Below, piece by piece: positions 38,533-50,205 of a DNA stretch of 64,000 nucleotides. A model generated the notes under the pieces. It was given only the letters and a program-made list of their open reading frames with translations. It had not been told where the DNA came from and searched no databases. A program made the translations under genes and the position numbers. This DNA comes from Rhodosorus marinus CCMP1338 (Eukaryota; Plantae; Rhodophyta): positions 930,001 through 994,000 of the forward strand of contig JAMWBK010000013.1 in assembly GCA_029953675.1 (NCBI GenBank), read 5' to 3'. Positions within the stretch are counted from its first letter, which is position 1. Each line of letters starts with the position of its first letter.

Positions 38533-39790
38533 TCAGAGAGTTTTACGGCTTGTCAGTTTGACGGGAGCTTGGCGGATGTAAAACGTCTGTGGGGCAGACT
38601 GGTGACGCTGAATGAGTCTTATATACGCTGATGGAGTTTTGGGAGTTATCCGTCTTGACGGTTGACGGTTGATCAATGTTACGGGGGTGACATATGTCTG
38701 GGAAGATAACAGAGAAGATGAATAAGAGCGTCAAGTGGTAAGGCATTGATGGACAACTCTGGTGGTTTGGAAGTTATACCTCTTGATCAAGGGGGCGGCA
38801 CTCCCACTCCCGCCTGGCGGGGTACCAACATAAACGAGTGTAAAAAAGTGTATGAAAAATGGACAAGAGGGTGTAAAGAAAAAGTGTAAGAGGTGTAAAA
38901 ACGCTATAAACTGAGCAAAATGCTTTAAGAAAAAGCTCAGAAACCACTGTATAGATAGAGCATTGAGATTTGCGGTAAAACAAGGATATTGACTTGCGCA
39001 AACTATTTTAACTTCACGCGCTTTTGAGGAAACCCCTGAATATCTTATCACTACTCTGAACGGAGACTCTTTCGATGTTGTGGTAACAATGTGGGTTGTC
39101 ATCTCCGTCCGATCCACGGTCCAATAAACGTTTATTGTATTTAGTAATAAGGAAAGTATTTTCTGGGGACCCTCATACGATATGAGTTTATCGGACCTGT
39201 ATAGAAAAGAAATAATAGGCTTCGTCGGATAAATGGTCCCGATAACTACCGATTGTCGTCCGATATTTTTCAATGAGTTTTTCATCATTTTCGACTATAG
39301 CGCTTGATTTTCATCAATTCGCGAGGTTATGATTACCTTTTGCCGGTAGAGGATAGGCAGGTGGTTTTTGCTCACTCAACAAATGCTATCACAGCCTGTC
39401 GAGCTCAGAAGTAATCCCGAGAAGTAATCTGTTAGAACTCTTCATACAGAGTAACAAAGTGGAAGAAAAGTGTAAAATTCTCTAGAGAGCACTACAGAAA
39501 ATTGGAGCCTCCTCTGTCTTGATAGTTGACGGTTGCTTGATGTTTTGGGATTGTTGTACGTCGTGGGGGATGACGGGTGACGCTTTGGAGAAGAGGGATA
39601 GTTCTAGGGTCAGTCTGCCTTAGATACAGAGTAAAAGGTGAAAGAAAAGCGTAAAAAGCGTAAACAGAGTAAAAAAAGTGTCGCCGCTCTTGGTCTTCAT
39701 GCTGGCGGTGGTTGGTTGCCGGTTGATCGATATTTTGGGGATTTTGTTGTACGTCTGGGAGGATGACGGGAGACGCTTTGGAGAAGGTGA
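38533..39790. mobile_element. Decayed dispersed element, copy B, with flanking degenerate repeats of about 70 bp
   Basis: Homology to 4637-5235 (inverted); repeats at about 38555, 38655, 39525 and 39715; 185-aa minus-strand ORF of unknown family. Confidence 0.5.
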
Positions 39791-40265
39791 ATGAGTGTCA
39801 GACTTCAATAGCATTGATGCGCAACCGCTGATGGGGTTCAAATCGAAGCCGATATGTGGGGTCGGGACCACAACCTCGAAGACCGAGGCAAAAGTCACAA
39901 CGCTCAGCGGGAGTCTCGCATAGAAGAAGCTACTGGTCATGCCTTGTCCAGTGCTCAACTCGGTTTGAAACTCCGCGAACACGACGAGTGAGGTTCAAGT
40001 TTTCACGTTTCAGCTTTAGAAAGCATGGATACTGTCAGTGTAGTTTCGCTCAGGGCCTTTCCACATTCGAGCAAGAGCACCTGATAGCCCTTAACGACTC
40101 CGTGCGGGGCCCTACGTGACTTTCACTGCGCCTTACTCAGTCTGTATGTAACGGCTTACATTGAAGGAATACATACGGACAGAAGATTGGGAAATTTACA
40201 CCACGTAGTGCCTCACATAAAGTGCTGCGCCGTCATCTCGAGTTCATGCTTCCTCTGTCAGTTGA

Positions 40266-40440
40266 CATTCCATGCCGGCGGACTCTTTGAGATGTCATAG
40301 ATCATTCGAAGACGGATGACTCTTTTTCCGATATAAAATTTCATTCCAAGATGGAAGACTCTTCCTATTTCATACGTCATTCGAAGACGGAAGACTCTTC
40401 CTGGATCAAACGTCATTCCAAAACAGGGATTCTTCCTGAA
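40266..40440. repeat. Five degenerate repeats, period 36-39 bp, containing palindrome GGAAGA-C-TCTTCC
   Basis: Unit TCATTC(G/C)AAGA(C/T)GGAAGACTCTTCCT starts at 40266, 40302, 40341, 40377 and 40413. Confidence 0.85.
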
Positions 40441-40677
40441 TCCTAGAAATCCTGTTTGTTTTTACAATTTCTTCATCCTATTGGGTTGGCCAATTACAAC
40501 AACCCGTTATCCTTCGGGCTGGTGTCATCCGTCAAATGCTCAGACGTATGACTCCGCATCGATGACGTGAGACTCCACTGAATGAAAAGCCGGAGGCGTT
40601 TTCCGTCAAGAGCTCTTGACGCATGACACAAGCTGCCCCTTTTGGAGGACAGCCTGTTCTATCCTGCTAGGACTTCT

Positions 40678-41544
40678 TCAGGAAGCGGCATTGCTCTGAA
40701 GCAAGAGTTGGTGGACTCGGTTAGAGAGTTCTTCGAGATGCTTATCGGTGACGCCCTTAGCTTTAACCGCTTTCGCGAGTTCGAAGAGGTACTCCGAGTT
40801 GAGACCACTTGGCCCCCTACTGACAGCGATGTGCCTTGCTATGTCGTCAAGGCCAGCCTACGTTACGGATTGAACAGGTGAGCACGTAATGTTGGCTCAA
40901 ACAAGAGAAAGAATATGTTCACGTACCTGCCCACCCATCCACTGTGGATTTTCATCATTGGCAATGTAGATCAACGCCCTGGGGACGCTGATTCGATCAG
41001 ATTCCTCGTAGTCGTACACAGATACGATATGCCTTTCATACCCATCCTTTTCCCGATAGTCTAGTTGATCCAGCACGCTTCTCTTCTCTTCATCAGGTAT
41101 TCTATACGCGACTCCATAAGTTAGCCACTCCTCGTCCTCCTGGTCGTCAACGAAACCCATCTCTCTTGTCCTATCGATTGAGACGAGCGTAACTACTCTT
41201 CCGGGAGCTTCCGGTGTTCCACGATGGTCCGTAGATCCTTCCGAAAAACCACATACGAAAAAAATCAGAGAGGGAAGCATCAGAATATTGCCTACCCCTT
41301 CAGATAACCAGCTAGGCCGCTTACCTTGCCAAAACCTTCTCTTCCACCCCCGAATAAAGCCATCTCTCTTCTCCACATGCTCCAAGTCAGGTCGCCAAAT
41401 CAACGATCCATCTAGACTCGCCAAGACGAATACATTTTTCAGTAAAGAGACGCTCCAGATGTGGCTTGTGGTGTCCAAGAACTTACACCCAAAGACCCAA
41501 AGCTCACCGTCCATCTCAAATTTTTTTTTGCTTTCAGGTGCCAT
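40678..41544 (-). CDS. CHAC: ChaC family glutathione-specific gamma-glutamylcyclotransferase, three introns
   Basis: Spliced LWVFG|YGSLIWRP, RRFWQG|STDHRGTPEAPGRVVTL, GVAYRI, LDYREKDGY, last exon SRGPSGLNSEYLFELA. It could start further upstream, at 41700. Confidence 0.93.
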
Positions 41545-42589
41545 ACTCCAGAGTTCAGAGACGGAACACGAACGAAAACGAGCAGAAATCACACGCAGCA
41601 CTACCTTTCCTCTTCCCGAAAGTTTTCTGCAAGCTTTGAACACGAGATCCGACCCCGAACTGCTGATAAGATGGCTGTCCCAATCGTAACTGGAACGCAT
41701 TGCCTATCGCCTTTAGGTGCGCCGGGTGATGGGTAAGGAGCTGGCCTGCCCTGAGTCCAAGAAGCTTTAAGGAGGGCCAACATCAGATCCAACCTCGACT
41801 ACAGATCAACAGGCAGTCCAACCGAAACTGGATGGTATGTAGCCTGGGAAATTTGATGAGCTGAGGGTGATGAAAAAGGAGAAAGATATGATCTGTCGAG
41901 CTCAGCTAGCCCTAGGTCAAGAAGCTTGTGAGAGGTTTAACATTGAGTCTGACCTTCGTGGATCCCTAGAGCACCGCGGTAGCGGTTAGGGTATTTAGAG
42001 TTCCCGACGCCCGGGGACGTCTACACAATGAGGAATGAGGACAATCTTTAGCTGATACAGCTCAGCTAGAAGAGGTCAGAAGATTTTGAGAGCTTCACTA
42101 CGAGACCTAATCTCCACAACAGACCATCCGTCGTGTCACAGCGCCCGCATGGCTCAGGAACGCGTTTGAACGCAGTTGAACAGGAGTCGAAGCTCGGGAC
42201 TAGTAGCAGTCTTCGGTTGATGGGAGAGGTTCCCAGTTTTCTTCGATTGAACATAGCTGGAAAGACCCAGAGAAGCGGTTTTGGTCGGTCCTCCCTGGAT
42301 AGTTATAATGAGCCTTGTGTTTTGCGCTTGCCGTAGGCAGCTGCCTAGTAGAGTCTACGTTAGTCTGTACTCAAGCCCAGGCCAACGTATGCCTCCGCGA
42401 ACCTGTCCAACGCCACTATGGTCCGACTGGTGTGCGCGTTCTGCAAGACCTAGAACGTATCTAGTCTAAGATGACCTAGACTTCGCATCTGTCTAATACG
42501 ATTTACAAACCGACTGGTCGACGGCTCACTTCGAGCTCTTCTCTCTGCTAGAAGTCGCTTCTCTGTTCTATTGGTGTTGATAGTAGCTA

Positions 42590-44871
42590 CTACTCAATCA
42601 CTGGAACAGGTGGGCTGTTTCCTAGGATTTGTGCTGTACCTCTTATCCCGTGGACTTCCATCGCCTGTCTTCTCACAAGTACGTCCAGTTCATTTGAAAA
42701 CTGGCTGATCACGGAGACCACATCGGTTGCATGCTTCTTCATTGCAGAGGAGGCGCGTGGGCTGCAGTCAATCTCCGAACACAGGCCTACGAACCAATTT
42801 AGGTGATGGTCTACGTCCTTCCTCGTCGCGTAGGAAGAAGCTCGTTGAAACTCCCTGAGCAGAACTTTTCGTTCCCAGATCAGCCTACTCAGGTGCTGCT
42901 CAGTAATGAACCTAAGACAACAGGAGTGAATCGGCTTCTTAAGCAAATGGACTAGGCCCTTCGCCAGCCTGAAGGATTTTTGCTCTTCGCTTACGAAACG
43001 TCGGAACCTTGACACGCTGGGAGATCATCGAGGGGAGATCCGCTATCGCATAGTTCCGTCATCCGCTTCTGAAGACAATGAACAAGTTCCTGTTCCTGTT
43101 ATCAAAGAACGTACTGAGTACGCTTTCGTACGCAAACGGCCCGGATCTGAGAACAAAAGTCGCACCTGATGGTCCTCAAGAGGACGAGAAAGGTCGAGAG
43201 TTTGCAATGCGAGTCTCTTAGAACGGGGAAGCGTTTTGATCCAGTCCAAAGTCCTCTGCTTCTCCTGCTTTCGACTGTCGATCAAGAGACAGAACGGACT
43301 GGTTAGCCCCACTCAGAGAGTTCGACGCGAGAGTTGTTGTTCGATAGCCTACAGCTCAGACTCTTTACAAATTCTCTTCGTTCGTGGCCCCGTCCTGCGT
43401 TTATTAGTTGACTCCGGGCGATGGTTCGATTTCGCTTCTCGAGCAAGTTGCGGTCTGGTTTCTGCTGGAAGCCGCGTCCTAGGTCGTCTTCTGGCAGTCA
43501 TTAGAAATCCGTGGTAGGTTCTAGATGGTGGCTGTTCAGCTCATGGTGAATGGATGTTACCTGTTGGAGGGAGACCTGAGGATCTTACTGGATTCCGTCG
43601 GACCTTCGCTATTGATCTTGAGATCTGAGCCCTCCACCGAGGCCGCAACAAGCTCTTGACTGTTTGGAAGCTTGTTTGACTCCTCTGTAGCTTCTTTGGC
43701 TGTCGTAGGCCCCGGCGTTATCCTTCTGATAAGTGATGAATTTCCCCATTTACCCTGGATTTTGACCGATTCTGAGTCGGTTGTTGGGACTAGGGGTGAG
43801 CTCCATGTCACCTTGAGATCAGCAGCTCCGCGCGGAGTAGGGCCCGGAGATTGGATTAGAGGCTTGTCCTCGAGGATCAGAAGAGACGGCTCCACCGGAT
43901 TGGACTCTTCCCCCCCTGCAGGTTCTTTTTCCCCCCGGAATTCGTGGTTTTCGGCCTGGGGAGCTTCTTCAGTGGGCGTGGCTTGCTTGTTGATAAGATC
44001 GGGGTGTAATCCTTCACTTAGCCCACCATCTGGAGTGTCTTCTCGCCCATCATAAGTTTCTTCCTCAGGCTCATGCTTTGGCGTAGCGTCTATTTCCGTG
44101 CTTGTACTCTTCTTCGAGTCAGTGGGACTCGCAATCGGTACTCCAGAGACATATTGCCCAGGAACAAATCGCTCAGGGTCTCTAGCGAACTCCTCACTTT
44201 TCATGTCCCTGATCCGTTGTAGGCACGCGTTGCTGAGGAAAAAGTCCTCAGCGTACAGAGATTCATCACTACTTCGAACGCTGCTTTCGGCGTCGGAATC
44301 GACGCGATTATTCCGTTTCTCAAAGATGACATTCGTGCATTGGTATCCCACTCTCCCTGGAACGCTCCTGGAGAAGATGCCCCATTTGCCCTCCGAAAAG
44401 GAATGAGTTTTCAATAGCTTCAAGAAAAGTTCCCTTTCCTCGTCCGTCCATGGCCCTTGCCGCTGAGTCTCACCAGGATCCGTGTACCGGTACGAATATG
44501 AGTTTAGATTGAACGAGCGCCGTTCCCAAGCTTTTCTACGAGCCTCGGGCCAGGAGTCCTATTGTTCATAAATTCCGATAAGAAGAAGTTGAAATGACCT
44601 GAACTTTCGACTCAATGGATGAGGGCCAGTAGACCTACGATTTCCTGCTGTCCTTCGTCATCCAATGCCTTCGGATCAAAATCATCCGATATGAAGTCCT
44701 CCCCTCCATTGAGCTAAAAGTTCATAGACATATGCATAAGATCACCATTAACAACCAATATTTTGCTAGCTGGGTTTATGAACAAAACCCGCTCACCTCG
44801 AAGCCCTGCACCTCAGCGAGCAGACCATCGATCGCGTGCTCATTGAGTGACACCCGCCTCCTCCTTCCCAT
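42590..44871 (-). CDS. Myb/SANT-domain protein with a long low-complexity linker, multi-exon
   Basis: Spliced MGRRRRVSL...; WPEARRKAWERRSFNLNSYSYRYTDPGETQRQGPWTDEERELFLKLLKTHSFSEGKWGIFSRSVPGRVGYQC; downstream exons 43043-43312 and 42590-43015. Confidence 0.75.
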
Positions 44872-46066
44872 GTTTCACCAGCAAAACATTAAAAAATATT
44901 GCCACGTCCTTCCAAAACCGATCATAAACCTTGTAAAGCACTCTGTCCCAGCCCAAGTGTTTTCCCAACCGTTCTGACCATCATACTGGCTCCCCCTGAA
45001 AGCCCACAACCTGAACTCAAGCAAACGGGCCCTCTTCCGATCCAAGAGACCTTAAGCTCAATCAATATTTAACCAATAAATTCCGTCCGATGATCAAATA
45101 GCTTCTAAATTATTTTCATATGAAAATAAATATATTATATAATAAAACTAAAAACTGAATACAATCAACATATTCTAGGTTCTTCGAGATGGCGTCCAAA
45201 TAATTTGGAAACTCAATATTATCACCGAGAAAGCAATCAACTTTGATGAATTTGAATTTTCAGTCCTTGGATGCATCAGATTTTCCTAAAAATGATCGTT
45301 TTACCGGGAGTAATTTGTATTGGATAATCATGAGGCGTACTGCCAGATTTGTTTTTATTATTGAATTCGGGATTGGCTCAGGGTCGTTTTCCTCCATCCC
45401 CAAATGTCCGGCAGACTTGCTTGTGAACGCGGTGGCAACTTTTTTCAAAGAGGGAGACCTGAACTCCGCCAGAATCCGTTCGTGTCGGGTGCATGCAAGA
45501 AGCATACCCCACAAGAGATGGCTGTATGGGTCGATCGGATAGGGATCGCGAATCATGGACGGAAAAAGCTGATTGAACTGATTGGGGGGCTGTGTTTTCA
45601 GGACAGGTAATACTATGCGCGAGATCGACGCACACGCGCACACACACACCAGTCACATCGTCTTTCCTAATCATTGATGACGCTTTGATAGTCTGCCAGA
45701 CCTGGAGGTTAAGCGTTGATCTGGCCTGGGGAGGCTTGAGGTACTACGGCTTTATTGGTTCTTATATAGATAATCTGTCTCTGTGAGATCTTCGGGCTTT
45801 GGAAAGGTTCATGTGCGTAAAACAACCCAACAATAGTAGGCAGGATCAATGCCAACCTGCAGGTCTGGGCTTTTTTCTGGGTACTTCATAGGGCGACTCG
45901 ATATCTCCCAGACCACTGCCGTTTTTTTATTATTTCTGACTATCAAGAGAATGCAACAACAATACGAACAGGTCCCGCCGAACAGCTCACATCTCGGCGC
46001 TCCTAATCCTGCTTTCTCCTACTAGCGTGGTCTTACTCCCTGCTGCTTGGCTTCACATTGGCAAAG

Positions 46067-47785
46067 TCATTCTTCCATGGCACCTAATGGACCAGCCCCG
46101 TACGCGCCGGTCTCCGGTGTATCGGCTGCGTTGATGAGGCTCATCAACATTTCCCGCGTCAGAGCGTCGTATACGCCTGGAGCCATTACCTTGTCCTCGA
46201 GACCATTGTCCTTCTGGAACTGAGCGACTGCATCTACGGTGTGGTCTCCGTACAGCCTAATGTTACGCCCTCGTAGGAGCTCCCCGTTCGGAATGTACCC
46301 GGTGCGATTCAGCGCATAGTGCAGGTGAACAACCCGAGGTCCCATATCACCCTTGAACAGTGGCTCTCGTGGTACTGACGCGTTGTCGTATCCTGCAGCT
46401 GATTCCCAGGGTCTAGCAGCAAAGACGTCTGCTGCTGAGTCTGGGCTTTCTACGAATGCCGCAGCAGACTCGACAGAGTTGCTTGCCCTACGCAAGAGCT
46501 TCCTGAGACATCATGCAGAGAGTCATGGAAACAGCAATTTTAGGTGCGCATGATGATAAGAGAAAAACCATGAACGTGCTATCCAAAGGGCGTACCGGAC
46601 AGCTCTCTGTTGCAACGCTGTCTTCATGAACGCCATCATGACGTCCAACGAGCTCGCGCTGACTCTCGTCCCTATGACAGATCTCAGCTGACCCTCGAAG
46701 GAATCGATCTCCTCTTGACGAGGCATCTCAGCGCCCTGCGGAATTTTCCCACCGAACTCGCTGACCACCGGCCATATCTCCGGAACCGCGCTGGACAGAG
46801 AACCGAGCTCCCCGGATTGCCCAAGCTTCTGAATGAGGTTATGGAGGGAAATGCGCACTTCGTCGTCAACCATTTGCCACATCCTGCTCAGCTTCATTGC
46901 CATGCGGCTCGTGTCCCAAGGACCAGGAGGATACGGGTAGGGGGGTGCTGCGCCTGGGCCGAATGGAGGTGGACCGTGAAATCCTCCTGGACCGCGACGT
47001 CCTCCTGGACCGTGACGTCCGCCTGGACCGTGATGCCCCCCTGAACCATGGTGGGGTCCTGGTGGTGGAGGTGGAGGCGGGGGCGGGGGTGCTTGAGGTG
47101 ACTGCCATGCCCAGGGCGATGCCTGTGAATTCATTCCCCAACAAGATGGATCCATCCACGGCCATGGAGTCCCGGGTTCATTCCATCCTGGAATCTGCTG
47201 TGGTTGACCAGGACCGCATGGGCCGTAGCGCCGCCTACCACGACCACCACGCCAACCAGGTCCAGGACCACGTCGACCGTGACCATGACCGTGACCTGGA
47301 TGCCCTGGCCGGGAATCTAGATTGGGAGCATTTTCAAACTCAACCTTCACCCCCGTCTCTGTATTCGTGGACTCTGGTACTTCTCGGGGCGCTTCCGGAT
47401 GTGAGGGGACATTGGAAGGCTTACCGCTTTCCTGTTTGGCAAGAAAAGATGGGAAAATATTCCTGGATTAGGCCTAGCGAATGTCAAACAAAGCACATGG
47501 GACAAGGAAAAAGGACACTTTTCTTACCCTTCCCGCGTTCAGCTTCAGCCGCAGAACCTTAGCGTCTCCCAGAAGCTCCATTGCCTCGTGAAGTTCCAAA
47601 GTACTGGTGACGTTCACCATATCCCCTTCATCATCCACATACGATACGACCGACCCCTCGCCCACATATCCCAGGAGATTCCCCAACCTCATCATCAGCT
47701 CCTCGTACGTCACATCTCTCCACACAGCAAACCGGCGCATTTCATCGCCCACGGACACTTTAACATGTATGTTTTCGCTCCCCAT
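46067..47785 (-). CDS. PB1-domain protein with a Gly/Pro/His-rich linker and a C-terminal peptidoglycan-binding-like domain
   Basis: PB1: VKVSVGDEMRRF...SYVDDEGDMVNVTSTLELHEAM. The intron after QRAVR joins in frame to KLLRRASN. C-terminus LFKGDMGPRVVHLHYAL..TGY...YGDHTVDAVAQFQKDNGL....GVYDALTREML. Confidence 0.8.
46971..47040 (-). repeat. 18-bp coding tandem repeat x4 (HGPGG-type hexapeptides)
   Basis: GGACC at 46971, 46989, 47007 and 47025. Confidence 0.85.
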
Positions 47786-49007
47786 TCTTCCCAAGCTTTC
47801 CTCCAAGAATCCAAAAACCAGAAGAAAACAAAAAAAAAAAAGCCAAGACAAAAAAAAGAAGAACGGAGCAACGAAACAATCTACCCTTCACGCTGCTCTA
47901 TCCAACTACCTATCCTTCCTCGAAATTATTCTACTACTCCAAAATTCTTTGTATACCCTCTCCCAACCTCCTCCCCTCCCCACAACCACAAGCTCCCAAC
48001 CCTCTCAACTCTTCTGCCTCCCACCGCCCCAAGCTCCGAAACCTCCCAACTGGTCCCCTTCCCCAAACCTACAAATTTCGATATCTTAATCTCTTTCAAT
48101 CATAGGAAAAATTCAACACTCACTAATCTCATGAAAAGATATACTAAATAATTATCATATGTAGCTATTTAAAAGCTTTCGTATTTTTTATGAATTAGAT
48201 AATTCCGGTATATGTAACATATGTTTAGAATATACAAATATGTACGTATAAAATTTACTATGCATATATTACGTTGTTTATAAATTAGGGTTTTTTTATT
48301 ATATTTAGGATGAAAATAATTTCTATAAACTATTATTTAGATTATTTATCATAGTTTTGTAGAAGTTGTCAATATTATGTTTTTAAAGATGACATGTAAT
48401 TTAGAAGAAAAAATAGACTAATGCCAGCACCCACATATCTTTTTGTTTTTAAATAATAAAAAGGGATCCAATTTTATATCCAATAGAACAACGTAAAATC
48501 GTGAACTTCATAATTAAATTTAAATATGATATAGTTTGCTTGATATTGTGAAATATTTTTGTAGTTAATTATTTGAAATTTTGTATGACTCTATGATAAT
48601 ATTTCTAGGCTTTATATAGTAGAATACAAATAGTAATTAGACAAATGTCCCTGAATTAATATATTGACCAATAGTTGTGGTGTGAATTGATCCAGAAGCG
48701 AGAGAGAAACAATCGTGCATCCAAAAAAGGGAATGGACATTTGGTTGGGTAGGCTGTCATGATAGGTGACAAGGTCGATCTTTATAAAAGCGGAGCTGAT
48801 CGTTTGGATTCAGGTTTGGGAGTGGTTGGAGAGGAGAGGAAGGGGTGAGATATGGTAGTGAAAGGTATGGTATGAACGGACGAAGGATCAGATGTTGTAA
48901 TGAGATTGGGATACTTAATTTTGGCGGTGTCGTTATTTTTTTGGGCGGGGGCCTAGCAGGTTATCTCTTTCGGCGTTGTTTTTTGTAGGGGAAAAGTTTG
49001 AGCTGAG

Positions 49008-49969
49008 ATGTCGAAGAGGAAGGGCTTGTCTTTGGAGGATAAGCGCTCGAGGATGATGGAAATTTTTCTGACCTCGGTAGGAGATTTTGGGTCTGATCAC
49101 CCACTCCTGAAATTGACTACGGCAGGATCGTGTTTTTTCTCCTTTTTTTCGTTCTCACCTTCATTTCTTCTTGTTGCAGATGGAGCCATTTACACTTAAA
49201 GAACTGGAGAAGGTTGCGCCAAAGAAAAAAGGAATTAGTACGGATTTATCTGCATTGCACATGTTCGTATCAGATTCGGCCGTTTCTAATACAGAGTGAC
49301 GAATTCTTGAAATCCGTAGTTTCACAATCAGTAAAAGATGTCGTTCAAAGCTTGGTCGATGATGATATGGTCCTAACCGACAAATGCGGAACGCAAACTT
49401 TGTATTGGAGCCTCCCGAGTGCTGCCGCTCAACAGGTGAGTCGTTGGATTGTCATGTGATTTTCCGAGAATCTTTGATCCATTTTCGCTTACAGATCCAA
49501 ACGCCCAGAAACGAAGGCGGCTCTCAACGCTTGATGAACAAATTGAAAAGACAAAGGAAGGGATCTCTTCAGCCGAACAATCTGCGAAGGAGCTGAAGTC
49601 TGGCCGAGAAGAGTCTGTAAGTCTAGATTACCAAGTCTCAAAGAAGATGACGATGGAACGACTCAAGTTCAGTTTAACTGGTCACCCGCGCAGAGTGAGC
49701 GGGAGGAAGTATTGAAAAGACTTGGAAAGCTAGAGACGGAAAGCGCAGAGCTACGAAGCAAGCTTCTGATATACTCATCATGCGACCCGGAGACTATTAG
49801 GTCTCTCAAGATCGACTCCGAGGCCTTCCGGGCGGGCGCGAACAGGTGGACGGACAACATTTTCAGCATCCGGAGTTATGTTTCTGAGAAATTCAGCATC
49901 CCTCCTACAGATTTCGACAAAAACTTTGGCATTGCCGAAGACTTTGACTACATAGAACAACGGGTTTAA
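49008..49969 (+). CDS. MND1: Meiotic nuclear division protein 1, multi-exon
   Basis: MSKRKGLSLEDKRSRMMEIF, FTLKELEKVAPKKKGI, QSVKDVVQSLVDDDMV..DKCGTQTLYWSLPS, CDPE, ANRWTDNIF, FGIAEDFDYI. Confidence 0.95.
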
Positions 49970-50205
49970 CCCCTCACCCCAACTCGACACAACCTAGGCC
50001 GAGAGCCAAACAAACCGGAGACAATAGACAGGCCCTCGCGATGCGGGGCTCCCAAGCACGGAACGTCCTATTTACCAAAATTAATCTCTAATGTTGTTCC
50101 TAATTATTAAACACGGGGTAAGCCACCCCCTCATAGCCGCACTCAAGAGTATATAACATTCTCAAAATTAGGTGCCCAGGCAGGAGCAGACAGCGACTCC
50201 ACTGA

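Noticed and set aside
38709-38719. ACAGAGAAGAT, the U6 snRNA signature
   Set aside because: The flanks do not match U6, and it lies inside a degenerate repeat.
38900-39060. TGA read as Trp (organelle-derived insertion)
   Set aside because: The TGAs align with TGT or CAA in the other copy, which fits ordinary decay, and no organellar gene similarity was recognised.
40266-40440. Mini-CRISPR
   Set aside because: Linkers are only 10-13 bp, and there is no leader or cas gene.
40642-40881. Plus-strand ORFs antisense to real genes (also 16426-17412, 12550-12924, 46897-47562, 55114-55740)
   Set aside because: They are shadows of the ChaC, TOP1, SKI2, PB1-protein and RPP30 exons.
44400-44450. Apparent frameshift or truncation in the Myb domain
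   Set aside because: The frame is continuous (ELFLKLL); the ORF track simply started at an internal TTG.
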